Below are positions 1-9,964 of a stretch of 17,622 bases of DNA, piece by piece. Origin of the DNA: Pseudomonadota bacterium. Lineage in GTDB: Bacteria; Bdellovibrionota_B; Oligoflexia; Oligoflexales; RGVZ01. Numbering within the stretch: position 1 is the stretch's first letter; every line of letters begins with the position of its first letter. Under the pieces are notes generated by a model. It searched no databases. It had not been told where the DNA came from and saw only the letters and a list, made by a program, of their open reading frames with translations. Location of the stretch: contig JBEGVZ010000133.1 in NCBI GenBank assembly GCA_041178085.1, positions 1-17,622 of the forward strand, in the 5' to 3' direction. Made by a program: the position numbers and the translations under genes.

Positions 1-2
1 AA

Positions 3-251
3 GGTGAAAAGGCACTGTGCTTGAACATCCGGGCGTTGTACCGCTTGGGGCAGTCTTTAGACGCGGTTTCGATAGGTTTGTGTGGTCAATCCAAGCTCCT
101 TGAGCTTGGTTGTTCGAAGCATGGATCCACCTTTGAATGCAGGGACCCAATTTTCTACAAGGGATGGCTGGTCATCGTCGATAATAACTCAGTGCGTTGG
201 AGTGATTCAGGCTCTGGTGAGGTCTCCCTGGTCCGTACGAGCGAAAAGTGA
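3..251 (+). CDS. Possible 3' end of a hypothetical protein entering from the left edge
   Basis: Frame 3 is open from the window edge (GEKALCLNIRALYRLGQ...VSLVRTSEK*) to TGA at 249-251, and an inverted repeat overlaps the stop. No recognisable motif. Confidence 0.3.
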   Translation, partial: GEKALCLNIRALYRLGQSLDAVSIGLCGQSKLLELGCSKHGSTFECRDPIFYKGWLVIVDNNSVRWSDSGSGEVSLVRTSEK

Positions 252-282
252 TTTGAATGTGGGTAATTTCAAATCACTCGCT
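240..282. repeat. Inverted repeat / hairpin (possible terminator or operator)
   Basis: AGTGATTTGAA (247-257) and TTCAAATCACT (268-278) are exact reverse complements with a 10-nt spacer. AGCG (240-243) can also pair with CGCT (279-282) across a 3-nt bulge. No strong U-tract follows. Confidence 0.55.
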
Positions 283-308
283 TGCCTTGCGGAGGATAGC
301 TTCGCGCC

Positions 309-657
309 GTGGTCGCGATATGTGACCCGGATGAGGTACACCGCTATTTTGTCACGTCGGCCTTCCAGCGGATCCCGGCAACGCATCAATTGCTTGATTT
401 AGTACCAGCCGGGTTCCGCCACGCCCTCCGGGTTTGCCAAGAGAAACGGTCACGATCACGACCTCTAACTGGACGGGGCAAAATGAGCCACGACAATGAC
501 CGACCATTGCCTGAATTGGACCTCGAATTCCGCGGACGACAGGGGCGTCTTTGTCACGCTACGAGCAGGTGAAACCTCGGGTGCGTGGCTAAATCCATCG
601 CCCGTGTTTGGCACCACTTGTGAGGTATTGAACCGGCTCGCGTACATCATCAAGTGA
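309..657 (+). pseudogene. Possible frameshifted remnant of an endostatin-like / DUF1554-type domain gene
   Basis: Motif-like fragments appear in the expected order but in different frames: RYFVTS (frame 3, 342-359), NWTGQ (frame 2, 467-481), and HCLNWTSNSADDRG...TSGAWLN...TCEVLNRLAYIIK* (frame 1, ORF 496-657). Recognised by eye, with no profile search. Confidence 0.35.
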
Positions 658-661
658 GCCG
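634..661. terminator. Weak hairpin at the convergent junction downstream of uvrC
   Basis: CGGCTCGC (634-641) pairs with GTGAGCCG (654-661), with one G-U on the + strand. It lies 10 nt beyond the uvrC stop and has no clear U-tract. Confidence 0.25.
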
Positions 662-671
662 TGGAACTTTG

Positions 672-2558
672 CTAATCTTCTTTGTCTTCCGTGGCGCCAG
701 CCGCGGCACGCGACTCCATCTCGCTAAGCGCCGCATGAAGCGTCACGGCTGCGTCCTTGCGCAGCCCCTTTACCTTTTGGAGCTGTTCCAGCGTCGCGCG
801 CTGGAGCCCTTCCAGTCCGCCGAACTCAGCAAGCAGTCGCTGGCGCATTTTCGTGCCGATTCCCGGGATGGATTCCAGGGTCGACCCTTGAAGTGCCTGG
901 CTGCGACGCTTGCGATGGTGGGTGATGGCGAAACGGTGTGCCTCGTCGCGCAGGCGTGTCATCAGGCGGTATTCCGGACTTCCTGGAGTCAGTGGCAGGG
1001 GTTCCCGTGACGGATCCAGGAATACGCGCTCGAAGGTCCGTCGCGGCGCACCCGTGTCGATCGCGCGGCCAATGGTCTTTACTTTTTCCACCCGACTCTT
1101 GGCCAGGCTGACAATCGTCAGATGCACGTCAGGATAAGCGACTGCCGCATCCAAGGCCGCTTGCAATTGTCCTCGGCCGCCGTCGATCACCAGCAAGTCC
1201 GGCGTGTCCCCGTCGCGGCGCGCACGTTCAAGGCGCCGGGAAACAGCCTCCCGCATGCTTCCGAAATCGTCCGGTGCGCCGGTCACGGTTTCAATCGTGT
1301 AGTGGCGGTACTGGTCCTTGGCTGGCTTGCCGCCAATGAAGCAGACGTTGGAGGCAACGATGGCCGTTTCATGGAAGTTGGAGATGTCGATGCATTCCAT
1401 CCTTCGCGGCAGGGACGGCAAGCCAAGCTTGTCTTTGAGGATCTCCAGTTCCGTTTCTCGCCGGCCATTGTCGTTGATGGCCTCCCCAAGGTTGAACTGC
1501 GCGTTCTTGAGGGCGATGTCGATCAATTGTTTGCGCACTCCGCGCTGGGGGAATCCGAGTCGGGTGTGCAGCACGGACTCAAGGTCTCCGGTATCCTCGA
1601 TCGCTTCGGGCAGAAGAACTTCCGGGGGCGGGGTGCGCCCATCGTAATATTGCAGCAGGAATTCGGTGATTGCTTCTGTCCAGCCGTGCGCGCCCGTTTC
1701 CATCGTGAAGCTGTCCGATCCAGTCACCTTGCCATCGCGGACAGTCACAACGTGGAAGGAAGTGTTCTGGTCGTTGGCGGCAAAGCCGATCGCATCGGCT
1801 TCGACGTCTTCGCCGACGATGACAGATTGCTTTTCCGTGATTTTCTCAAACGCCTTCAACTGGTCCCGGTAAGTTGCGGCCAGTTCATAGTTTTCGTTGT
1901 CCGATGCCGCCAGCATTTTTTCCTTCAGTTGCCGGACCAGATCCCGGTTCCGGCCGCCCAGGAAAGCCACGGCGTCACGCACCGTGGCAACATACATCTC
2001 CCGGTCCACCGGCAATTTGCAAGGCCCCAGGCAAAGCTTCATGTGGTAGTAGTTGCACGGCCGTGTCACGGTTGCGAATTCGTGCCTCGTGCAGCGTATC
2101 AGCGGAAAAATCCTGTAGGTAGCCGCCAGCATGATGCGCAGGTTGCCGGCGCTGCCAAAAGGTCCCAGGTATTGCGCGCCGTCATCCTTGCGCCGGCGGA
2201 CCTTTTCGATTCGCGGCCATGGTTCTTTGTAGTCGATGCGCAAGAACGGGTATTCCTTGTCGTCACGCAACAGGATGTTGAAACGGGGTTTGTGGTGTTT
2301 GATCAGGGTCCGTTCCAGCAGCAATGCCTCGACCTCTGTCTGGGTGAGGATGACCTCCAGGTCGGTGATCTCCCGGACAAGGGCAGTTGTCTTGAGGCTG
2401 AACTGCTGTTTTTGAAAGTAACTGCTGACGCGGCTTTTGAGTGACTTGGCCTTGCCGACATAAATGATGGTCCCGCGCACATCCTTCATCAGATAGACGC
2501 CAGGTGTTGCGGGAAGGCCACTGATCTTGTCGCGAATGTTCTTGCTGGTTGCTGTCAT
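672..2558 (-). CDS. uvrC: Excinuclease ABC subunit C
   Basis: 628 aa. N-terminal GIY-YIG domain (PGVYLMKD...IIYVGKAKSLKSRVSSYF; EALLLE..LIK.HKPRFNILLRDDKEYP), Cys-rich segment (C..C..CLGPC), UVR domain (ENYELAATYRDQ), RNase H-like domain (ECIDISN, PDLLVIDGGRGQL, RDEAHRFAITHHR) and C-terminal HhH (IPGIG). Confidence 0.98.
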   Translation of the reverse strand: MTATSKNIRDKISGLPATPGVYLMKDVRGTIIYVGKAKSLKSRVSSYFQKQQFSLKTTALVREITDLEVILTQTEVEALLLERTLIKHHKPRFNILLRDDKEYPFLRIDYKEPWPRIEKVRRRKDDGAQYLGPFGSAGNLRIMLAATYRIFPLIRCTRHEFATVTRPCNYYHMKLCLGPCKLPVDREMYVATVRDAVAFLGGRNRDLVRQLKEKMLAASDNENYELAATYRDQLKAFEKITEKQSVIVGEDVEADAIGFAANDQNTSFHVVTVRDGKVTGSDSFTMETGAHGWTEAITEFLLQYYDGRTPPPEVLLPEAIEDTGDLESVLHTRLGFPQRGVRKQLIDIALKNAQFNLGEAINDNGRRETELEILKDKLGLPSLPRRMECIDISNFHETAIVASNVCFIGGKPAKDQYRHYTIETVTGAPDDFGSMREAVSRRLERARRDGDTPDLLVIDGGRGQLQAALDAAVAYPDVHLTIVSLAKSRVEKVKTIGRAIDTGAPRRTFERVFLDPSREPLPLTPGSPEYRLMTRLRDEAHRFAITHHRKRRSQALQGSTLESIPGIGTKMRQRLLAEFGGLEGLQRATLEQLQKVKGLRKDAAVTLHAALSEMESRAAAGATEDKED

Positions 2559-4612
2559 GTGGTTTCTTCTCCCACTTTCAGCAGCAGGTTGCGCAAGTGC
2601 GCAACTTCGTCCCGGATCGAAGCGGCCTTTTCAAAGTCCAGGTCTGCCGCAGCCTTGCGCATTTCCTTTGTCTTTTTGGCAATTTCCTTTTCGATCTGCT
2701 GGACGTTCTTGAATTGCAGTTCGTTCATCCTTGCCTTGGCTGCATCGCCAATCAGCGGATCTTCCTCCTTCTGCAGGCCGTATATCACTCTGAGGTCTTC
2801 AGGAATCGCCTTGAGGATCGTCTTCGGGCTGATGTTGTGCTCTTGGTTGTACGCAAGTTGCTTCTCACGACGCCGGTTTGTTTCCTGCATGCACTCATCG
2901 ATCGACTGGGTCATCCGGTCGGCGAAGAAGATGACTCGCCCGTCGGCATTCCGTGCCGCGCGCCCGACGATCTGGATCAGGGATGCTCGCGAGCGCAGGA
3001 AACCTTCCTTGTCGGCATCCATCACGGCCACCAGCTGTACCTCAGGCAGGTCCAGTCCCTCGCGCAGCAAGTTGATGCCGATCAGGACGTCATAGTCACC
3101 GCGACGCAGGTCGCGCAGCAGCTCAACCCGCTCCAGGCTCTCGATGTCCGCATGCAAGTAGCGGACTTTGATTCCTGATTCAGCGTAGAAGCGCGTTAAA
3201 TCCTCGGCCATTTTCTTGGTCAGCGTCGTGATCAACACGCGACCGCCGTTGGCCACCGTCTTCTTGATTTCGCCGAACAGGACGTCGACTTGGTCTTTCG
3301 CGGGCTTGATCTCGATCAGCGGGTCTACCAGTCCGGTGGGGCGGATCACCTGCTCGCTGTAGTGACCTCCCGCAGCCTGCATTTCAAAGGCCGATGGCGT
3401 TGCACTGACGTAGACCGTCTGGTGTACGCGGCCCAGGAACTCCTCGAAGTTGAGGGGGCGGTTGTCCAGGGCAGAAGGCAGGCGGAATCCGTGGTCCACA
3501 AGGACCTGTTTCCGCGCGCGATCCCCCCGGAACATGCCGTTCAGCTGCGGTACGGTGATGTGGCTTTCATCGATGATGGTCAGGAAGTCCTTCGGGAAAT
3601 AATCGAGCAACGTGGGCGGCGGCGCCCCGGGCGGATTGCCGTTCAGGTAGCGGGAGTAGTTTTCGATTCCCGGGCAGAAGCCCAGATGTTCCAGCATCTC
3701 GATGTCATGCATCGTTCGCTGCTCAAGCCGCTGGTATTCGACCAGCTGGCCCCGGGCACGGAATTCTCGCAGCCGTTCCCCCAGGTCCTTCAGGATCTCG
3801 CGCACAATCTGCTTCATGTCGCGGCGATCAGTCACGTAATGACTTTTCGGGTAGATAGACAGGTGCTCGACCTCGCGGAGCACCTTGCCGGTGAGCGCGT
3901 CAATCAGAAGCAGGCGGTCGATCTCGTTGCCAAAGAATTCCACCCGGATCGCTTCGTCACGTTGATTGGCTGGCAGGATGTCCACGACATCGCCGCGTAC
4001 CCGGAAGTTGCCCCGGCTGAAGTTGGCGTCGTTGCGGCTGTACTGGATGTCAATCAGCGCGCGCAGCAACTTGTCCCGGTCCATTTTCTGCCCGCTTGCC
4101 AGTTCCACGACAAGCTTTGCATAGCTGCTGGGCGAGCCCAGGCCATAAATACAACTGACGCTTGCGACGATGATGACGTCAGGTCGTTCGAACAATGCCA
4201 TGGTCGCATTGTGGCGCATCTTGTCGATGTCTTCGTTGATGGCCGAGTCCTTGGCGATATAGGTATCCGTGCTGGGGACATAGGCCTCTGGCTGGTAGTA
4301 ATCGTAATAACTGATGAAGTATTCCACTGCGTTGTGCGGGAAAAGCTCGCGCAGTTCGCTGAACAACTGGGCCGCGAGGGTCTTGTTTGGTGCCATGACC
4401 AGGGTCGGGCGGTTGTACCGGGCGATAACATTGGCCATGGTGAAGGTCTTGCCGGATCCCGTGACCCCAAGCAGAACGTGGTGGCGGTCGCCGGCGCCAA
4501 GGGCCTTGCAAATGCTCTCTATGGCCTGGGGCTGATCCCCGCATGGCTGATGGGCAGATGCCAGCTGGAATATGGAATGCCCGGGCTTTTGTTGTGTTTC
4601 GCTCACCATCAC
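2555..4612 (-). CDS. uvrB: Excinuclease ABC subunit B
   Basis: 685 aa. Motifs GDQPQAI, Walker A LGVTGSGKTFT, PNKTLAAQL, beta-hairpin YFISYYDYYQPEAYVP, DESH, GINLLREGLDLPEV, QIVGRAARN, and a C-terminal UVR domain (LDFEKAASIRDE). Start is GTG 4612 or ATG 4609. The stop overlaps the uvrC start (ATGA). Confidence 0.98.
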   Translation of the reverse strand: MMVSETQQKPGHSIFQLASAHQPCGDQPQAIESICKALGAGDRHHVLLGVTGSGKTFTMANVIARYNRPTLVMAPNKTLAAQLFSELRELFPHNAVEYFISYYDYYQPEAYVPSTDTYIAKDSAINEDIDKMRHNATMALFERPDVIIVASVSCIYGLGSPSSYAKLVVELASGQKMDRDKLLRALIDIQYSRNDANFSRGNFRVRGDVVDILPANQRDEAIRVEFFGNEIDRLLLIDALTGKVLREVEHLSIYPKSHYVTDRRDMKQIVREILKDLGERLREFRARGQLVEYQRLEQRTMHDIEMLEHLGFCPGIENYSRYLNGNPPGAPPPTLLDYFPKDFLTIIDESHITVPQLNGMFRGDRARKQVLVDHGFRLPSALDNRPLNFEEFLGRVHQTVYVSATPSAFEMQAAGGHYSEQVIRPTGLVDPLIEIKPAKDQVDVLFGEIKKTVANGGRVLITTLTKKMAEDLTRFYAESGIKVRYLHADIESLERVELLRDLRRGDYDVLIGINLLREGLDLPEVQLVAVMDADKEGFLRSRASLIQIVGRAARNADGRVIFFADRMTQSIDECMQETNRRREKQLAYNQEHNISPKTILKAIPEDLRVIYGLQKEEDPLIGDAAKARMNELQFKNVQQIEKEIAKKTKEMRKAAADLDFEKAASIRDEVAHLRNLLLKVGEETT

Positions 4613-4638
4613 GCCAATTGAAAATTGTTCTCACATGC

Positions 4639-4653
4639 CTGTTTTTTGAACAG
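4639..4653. promoter_or_regulatory. Palindrome CTGTT-N5-AACAG in the divergent uvrB/actA promoter region
   Basis: CTGTTTTTTGAACAG lies 26 nt upstream of the uvrB start. It equals CTGT-N7-ACAG, one base shorter than the gammaproteobacterial LexA box CTGT-N8-ACAG. Confidence 0.25.
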
Positions 4654-4747
4654 ACCAGATCCACTGCATACCTTTGAAATCGCTAGACGATCCACCGAAT
4701 TATGCTTAACAATATACCGTCTCATTTCTCAACCGAGGAGGCTGGCG

Positions 4748-5284
4748 TTGTTCCAGAAACTGGTTTCCCCCTTCCTGATACTTGTTGCATTGAGTTTGAC
4801 ATCGGGAGCCCGTGAAGCTCGCGCGTGGTGGATGTGGACCCCGGGTGACACGGTGGATGACGTTGGCTACAAGCCGACTCAGCCGATTCCATTCAGCCAC
4901 GCCTTGCATGCTGGCAAGCGTGAGATCCCTTGCGAATACTGCCACTCTGCAGCGCGGCGGTCGGCCTCGGCCGGTATTCCCTCCATGAACACCTGCATGG
5001 GTTGCCACAAGGTGACCCGTACGGACAAGGAGCCGATCAAGTGGCTGACCGAGAAGTACAACAAAAACGAGCCGGTTGAGTGGGTGAAGGTGCATGACAG
5101 CCCCCAGTATGTCCACTTCACGCACAAGCAGCATGTCGCGGCAGGGCTTTCCTGCCAGACCTGCCATGGTCCGGTTGAGTCGATGGAAGTCGTCGAGCAG
5201 GTTGCCCCGCTGCAAATGGGCTGGTGTATCGGTTGCCACAAGGAAAAAGGCGCCAGCATCAACTGCATCACTTGTCACTACTGA
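4748..5284 (+). CDS. actA: Alternative Complex III subunit A, pentaheme cytochrome c
   Basis: Five CxxCH motifs (CEYCH, CMGCH, CQTCH, CIGCH, CITCH) plus QPIPFSHALH, VHFTHKQHV and PLQMGWC, typical of ActA. I moved the start from 4625 to TTG 4748 because GAGGAGG (4735-4741) lies 6 nt upstream and a hydrophobic N-terminus follows (178 aa). Confidence 0.92.
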   Translation: MFQKLVSPFLILVALSLTSGAREARAWWMWTPGDTVDDVGYKPTQPIPFSHALHAGKREIPCEYCHSAARRSASAGIPSMNTCMGCHKVTRTDKEPIKWLTEKYNKNEPVEWVKVHDSPQYVHFTHKQHVAAGLSCQTCHGPVESMEVVEQVAPLQMGWCIGCHKEKGASINCITCHY

Positions 5285-5305
5285 TACCCAGGTACAGGAA
5301 AACTC

Positions 5306-8300
5306 ATGACGATCAATAACCACGAAACAGGCAAGCAGGGCGTCGCGTTTGAGATGGATGAGCGCGGTCCTGTGATATTCGGTCCGGTGGACGGTCCGCT
5401 TGAGCGACCGGCAGAGAAGATGGTCGAAGGTGCGCTCTACATGGAGACCGAAGAGGTCATGCCGGAGCTTGCCGCACGACAGTCCCCGGAAGACCAGAAA
5501 GACGAGGCGCGCAAGGCGCTGTCGATGAATCTGGATCGCCGCGACTTTCTCAAGCTTTTCGGAGCGACTGCGGTAGCCAGTTCGGCGGCCTGTGTGCGTC
5601 GCCCGGCAGAAAAGGCGATTCCTTACGTCAACCAGCCTGTGGACTTCGTGCCGGGTGTTGCCAATTACTACGCCACGACCTGCGGTGACTGTGCTGCCGG
5701 TTGCGGTCTTTTGGTCAAGACCAAGGAAGGGCGTCCAGTCAAGATTGAGGGGAATCCTGCGCATCCGATCAGCCTTGGCGGGACTTGTACCCTTGGGCAG
5801 GCCGGTTTGCAGGGACTTTACCACCTCGAAAGGCGCAAAGGCCCCGCAATCAAACGCGCCAATCGCACCGATGCTCTTGCCTGGGACGATGTTTACGAGC
5901 TGCTGGCCAAGGAATTCGCCGGCAAAAAAGTCGGAATCCTGACGGGTGGTTCAACCGGCCATCGCCACCAGTTTTACCGCGAGTGGCTGCGCGCCACCGG
6001 TGGTTCGGAATCCCGCCTCTACACTTACGAACCCAACGCGCTTTACAGCACGATCGCGCAGGCTCACGCGATCGCCTTTGGCGTCGAGGCGATGCCCCGC
6101 GTTGACTTCCGCAGTGTGAAAACTGTGGTCGGGATCGGGTCGGACTTCCTCGACGTGGGCACCTCTCCGGTATTCCTGTCGAAGGGATTTTCCGATGCAA
6201 GGAACCTGGACAACGGGGCGATGGTTCGCCTGGTCCAGTTCGAATCTGCCATGACTGCAACGGGCGGACGAGCGGACGACCGCCACGTGATCCCGCCCAA
6301 TTCGGAGTTGCTGACCACATTGGCCCTAATGCGCTCGCTGGCGGAACGTCCAGAAGCCAAAGGCACGGCCAACGTCAAGGCAATCGCCAAGAAAATCCTG
6401 GCAGCCAACTCCGCGGCGCTCGCAACGGCGGAAGGTCTTGGTGTGTCCAAGGCTGTGTTCGACCAGCTTGCTGCGGACATGTTGAAGGGGGGCTCGCTCC
6501 TCCTCGCCGGCGGCAGCCATAGCTTTGACGAGAACGCGACAGCGTTGCAAGTTGCAGCCATTGTGGTCAACGAGCTGGTCGGCGCCTACGGATCCGGTTT
6601 GCAATTGGATCGCGGCTGGATGGTTGCACCGGTAAAGCCTGGGGACATGAAGCGTTTCGCGCAGGAGGCTGCTGGCCTTGATGCGCTTTTGATCATCGAC
6701 ACGAACCCTGCGTTCACATTGCCTGCGTCATTTGGCTTCGCAGATCTCGTCAAGAAAATCCCGCTGGTTGTCTCCATGCAGACCCAGCCGGTTGAAACGG
6801 ATGATCTTGCTTCCTTCGTGCTGCCTCTGAATCACTATCTGGAATCATGGGGCGATGAGCAACCTGCCGCCGGTTTCTGGTCGGCCCGGCAGCCGTCGGT
6901 CCTGGCCACGACGGACAGTCGCCAGGCCGAGGATGCTCTGTTGTGGATCGCGGCGCACATGAAGAAGTCGATGCCGTACAGTGATTACCGTGCCTACCTG
7001 CGGGAAAAGTGGAAGTCCTTGCAGGCATCTTTCGGGCCGAAGGGCGATTTCGACGTGTTCATGGAGCGGGTCCTGCAAAAAGGATTCGTTGGGGAACTTG
7101 CAAACCGCGGCAGTGGTTCGCTGCGGGATGCGGCCACCGGAGCAGTCAAGGCAAGTGGATTGCTGGACAGCGGAACTTTGCGTTTGCTGGCTCCGCTTGA
7201 CATCCGGCTGCATGACGGACGCGGCGCCAACAAGCCCGTTCTTCAGGAGACGGGCGACGCCATGACCACGATCACGTGGGATACGTGGGTGGCGATGAAC
7301 CCGGGCACAGCAAAAAAACTTGGCTTGCGCCGAAACGATGTCCTTCGGCTGGAGACAGACGCAGGCAAGATCGAAGTGGCGCTTTATCCCTTGCCAGGTG
7401 TTCATCCCGATGCGGTGATCGTTCATCGCGGGAACGGTCATCCTGCCCATGTCAGCAAGATCAGTGGGGCCAACGGTGTTGACCCACTCTCGCTGTTTGC
7501 GAGGAAGGTCGACGCAGCCACCGGTATGCCGGTGACCAGCGGTGCGACGGTCAAGGTTGCGTCCACTGGAAAAGTGTTCCAGCTGGCAGCCATGCAGAAG
7601 CATAATGACCTCGCGAACCGCCACGACATCGTCAAGAAGCTTGGCGTGGCGGCTGTTTCCGAAAAGGTGGCAGCGCGCGCGGGCAAGGTTCGCAGTGGGG
7701 AGACAATCCGCAGTCTGGACGATGTCCCTGATTTGTACCCCAATTTGTATAAAGATTCGGAGTACCGCTGGGGCCTGAGTGTCGACTTGACCAAGTGTAC
7801 CGGATGCGGTGCTTGCCAGGTTGCTTGTGCGCAGGAGAACAACATCCCGGCAGTTGGTCGTGAACAGGTCAATCTGGGCCGGGAAATGCACTGGATCCGC
7901 CTGGATCGCTACTTCGAAGGCGATACGGACAACCCGCAGGTTTCGATCCAGCCGATGATGTGCCAGCAGTGCTCGCACGCACCTTGCGAGGCCGTGTGTC
8001 CCGTTTATGCGACGACGCATGATCCAGATGGCATCAATTCAATGACTTACAACCGCTGCATTGGTACCCGCTACTGCGCGAACGCCTGTCCTTATAAGGT
8101 CCGCCGCTTCAATTGGTGGACGCATCGCTGGAATACAATCGGCGATCGCTTGCAGGACCGCAACATCCGCGCTCTCAACCCTGATGTCACGGTGCGCACA
8201 CGCGGGGTGATGGAGAAGTGCAACTTCTGCTTCCAGCGTGTCCGTGATGCCAAGCACACTGCGAAAAGCGAAGGTCGCAAGGTGTTTGACAAGGAAATCA

Positions 8301-8565
8301 AGGTTGCATGCGAGCAGGTTTGTCCGTCGGATGCGATTGTGTTTGGCAACCTCAAGGACCCAGGCAGTCGCGTTTCGCAGATGCGCGCTGACGTCCGCGC
8401 CTACCTGGCTCTTGGTGGCGATCCTGAGAAAAATGAATTCGGGCTCAAGACCTTGCCTAACGTCAGTTACCTGGCACAGGTCAGCCATCGCGAAGGTTTT
8501 GGCAAAGGCGACGAAGGACATGACACCCATGCCAAGGGTGAGCACGGCGGACATGGAGAACGGAC

Positions 8566-8569
<4 letters not shown>
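5306..8569 (+). CDS. actB: Alternative Complex III subunit B (molybdopterin-oxidoreductase-like domain fused to a 4-cluster Fe-S domain), Tat lipoprotein
   Basis: 1087 aa. Tat motif DRRDFLK (R78-R79), lipobox-like SAAC (C96) and EGRPVKIEGNPAHP. C-terminal ferredoxin motifs are CTGCGACQVAC, CQQCSHAPCEAVCP, CIGTRYCANACP (3Fe-4S type) and CNFC...ACEQVCP. Also REMHWIRLDRY and NPDVTVRTRGVMEKC. AGGA RBS at 5296-5299. Confidence 0.95.
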
Positions 8570-9960
<1,391 letters not shown>

Positions 9961-9964
9961 GGCA

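Noticed and set aside
462..470. CTCTAAC as an integron attC R'' site
   Set aside because: It does not match RYYYAAC, there is no complementary GTTRRRY at a suitable distance, and no integrase is present.
309..572. 87-aa ORF as an intact gene
   Set aside because: GGAGGA lies 12 nt from the GTG and the C-terminal half looks non-coding. It is better explained as part of a frameshifted relic.
1122..4621. Long plus-strand ORFs 1122-2444 (440 aa), 2549-3178 and 3290-4621 (443 aa)
   Set aside because: They lie antisense to uvrC/uvrB and have no motifs. Such shadow ORFs are expected from GC-rich codon bias.
4625..4747. N-terminal 41 codons of the track's 219-aa ActA ORF
   Set aside because: No RBS at 4625 and the sequence occupies the divergent promoter region. 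A strong SD supports TTG 4748.
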